Assembly: GCA_964016885.1 (NCBI GenBank)
Contig: OZ024741.1
Location: 20,336,001-20,400,000 of the forward strand
Length of the DNA stretch: 64,000 nucleotides
Reading direction: 5' to 3'
Source: Eledone cirrhosa
Lineage: Eukaryota
In this document: in pieces, positions 62,001 through 64,000 of the stretch
Numbering within the stretch: position 1 is the first letter of the stretch
How the letters are laid out: each line of letters begins with the position of its first letter
Program-made: the position numbers and the translations under genes
Notes under the pieces: generated by a model
What the model saw: only the letters and a program-made list of their open reading frames with translations
The model's database searches: none
What the model was told of the DNA's origin: nothing

Positions 62001-64000
62001 GGAGGAGGTGAGACAAAGGTTTCTGACAGTATTGTCTACCAAAGTTACCTTGGTGTAGGTGGTGCCAGATGTACAATAACACGTGGAGGAGGTGAGACAG
62101 GGGTTTCTGTCAATTAATGTCTACCAAAGTTACCTTGGTGTAGGTGGTACCAGATATACACAATAAGATGTGGGGGAGGTGAGACAGGGGTTTCTGACAG
62201 TAATGTCTACCAAAGTTACCTTGGTGTAGGTGGTGCCAGATGTACAATATCATGTGGTGAAGGTGAGACAGGAGTTTCTGACAGTATTGTCTACCAAAGT
62301 TACCTTGGTGTAGGTGGTGCCAGATACATAATAACATGTGGGGGAGGTGAGACAGGTGTTTCTGACAGTAATGTCTACCAAAGTTACCTTGGTGTAGGTG
62401 GTGCCAGATACATAATAACATGTGGGGGAGGTGAGACAGGGGTTTCTGACAGTATTGTCTACCAAAGTTACCTTGGTGTAGGTGGTGCCAGATACATAAT
62501 TACATGTGGAAGAGGTGAGACAGTGGTTTCTGACAGTAATGTCTACCAAAGTTACCTTGGTGTAGGTGGTGCCAGATACATAATAACATGTGGAGGAGGT
62601 GAGACAGGGGTTTCTGACAGTAATGTCTACCAGAGTTTCCTTGGTGTAGGTGGTGCCTATACACATAACATGTGGTGGAGGTGAGACAAGGTTTTCTGAC
62701 AGTAATGTCTACCAAAGTTACCTTGGTGTAGATGGTGCCAGATACACAGTAACACGTGGAGGAGGTGAGACAGGGGTTTCTGATAGTAATGTCTACCAAA
62801 GTTACCTTGGTGTAGGTGGTGCCAGATACACAGTAACATGTGGAGGAGTTAAGACAGAAGTTTCTGACAGTATGGGCTACCAAAGTTACCTTGGTGTAGG
62901 TGGTACAAGATGTACAATAACATGTGGTAGAGTTGAGACAGGGTTTTCTGACAGTAATGTCTACCAAAGTTACCTTGGTGTAGGTGGTGCCAGATACACA
63001 ATAACATGTGGAAGAGGTGAGTCCTGGGTTTCTGACAGTAGTGTCTACCAAAGTTACCTAGGTGTAGGTGGTGCCAGATACACAATAACATGTGGAAGAG
63101 GTGAGGCAGGGGTTTCTGACAGTAATGTCTACCAAAGTTACCTTGGTATAGGTGGTGCCAGATACACAATAACATGTGGAGGAGGTAAGACAGAAGTTTC
63201 TGAAATGTATGGGCTACCAAAGTTACCTTGGTGTAGGTGGTACCAGATATACACAATAAGATGTGGGGGAGGTGAGACAGGGGTTTCTGACAGTAATGGC
63301 TACCAAAGTTTCCTTGGTGTAGGTGGTGCCAGATACACAATAACATATGGGGGAGGTGAGACAGGAGTTTCTGACAGTATTGTCTACCAAAGTTACCTTG
63401 GTGTAGGTGGTACCAGATATACAATAACATGTGGAGGAGGTAAGACAGGACTTTCTGACAGTAATGTCTACCAAAATTACCTTGGTATAGGTGGTGCCAG
63501 ATGTACAATAACATATGGGGGAGGTAAGACAGGAGTTTCTGACAGTAATGTCTACCAAAGTTTCCTTGGTGTAGGTGGTGCCAGATACACAATAACACGT
63601 GGAGGAGGGGAGACAGGAGTTTCTGACAGTAATGTCTACCAAAGTTACCTTGGTGTAGGTGGTACCAGATATACAATAACATGTGGAGGAGGTAAGACAG
63701 AAGTTTCTGACAGTATTGTCTACCAAAGTTACCTTGGTGTAGGTGGTGCCAGATGTACGATAACATGAGGTGGAGCTGAGACAGGGGTTTTTGATAGTAA
63801 TGTCTACCAAAGTTACCTTGGTGTAGGTGGTGCCAGATACACAATAACATGTGGAGGAGGTAAGACTGAAGTTTCTGACAGTATGGGCTACCAAAGTTGC
63901 CTTGGTGTAGGTGGTGCCAGATGTACAATAACATGTGGTGGAGGTGAGACAGGGGTTTCTGACAGTATTGTCTACCAAAGTTACCATGGTGTAGGTGGTG
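59011..64000. repeat. Tandem array of 84-bp (some 86-bp) units, about 59 copies, running off the window end
   Basis: Consensus GTGGTGCCAGATACACAATAACATGTGGAGGAGGTGAGACAGGRGTTTCTGACAGTAATGTCTACCAAAGTTACCTTGGTGTAG. Confidence 0.97.

Noticed and set aside
59011-64000. CRISPR array or tandem ribozyme array
   Set aside because: No unique spacers. CTGACAG is not a CUGANGA core and no matching GAAA/UH arrangement was found.

Overview
Eukaryotic (metazoan) repeat-dominated DNA. The SINE family and the extreme (TA)n/(CA)n content suggest an octopod cephalopod, which is an inference. No host protein-coding gene, rRNA, tRNA gene or CRISPR array could be supported, and most ORF-track entries are microsatellite artefacts. 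The window is a hotspot of Penelope-like retroelements (PLEs) inserted in (TA)n tracts: one apparently intact 1211-aa RT + GIY-YIG element with pLTR direct repeats and a ~160-aa Asn-rich insert, a 5'-truncated/inverted sister copy, and decayed Neptune-like and Hydra-like fragments. Also present are a near-full CR1/L2-type LINE, CRE-like and RTE-like fragments, a Tc1/mariner relic, hAT MITEs, tRNA-derived SINEs and a >5 kb 84-bp tandem array. Manual reading found more than 20 type-I hammerhead ribozyme motifs from several families, almost all with palindromic stem III. The two best candidates for an undescribed system are (1) a ~424-nt non-coding, covariation-supported, circularly permuted hammerhead element (retrozyme-like, possibly circRNA-templated) and (2) a family of short fold-back elements carrying hammerheads in both polarities with recurrent fixed ends. 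All RNA folds were read by eye, not computed.
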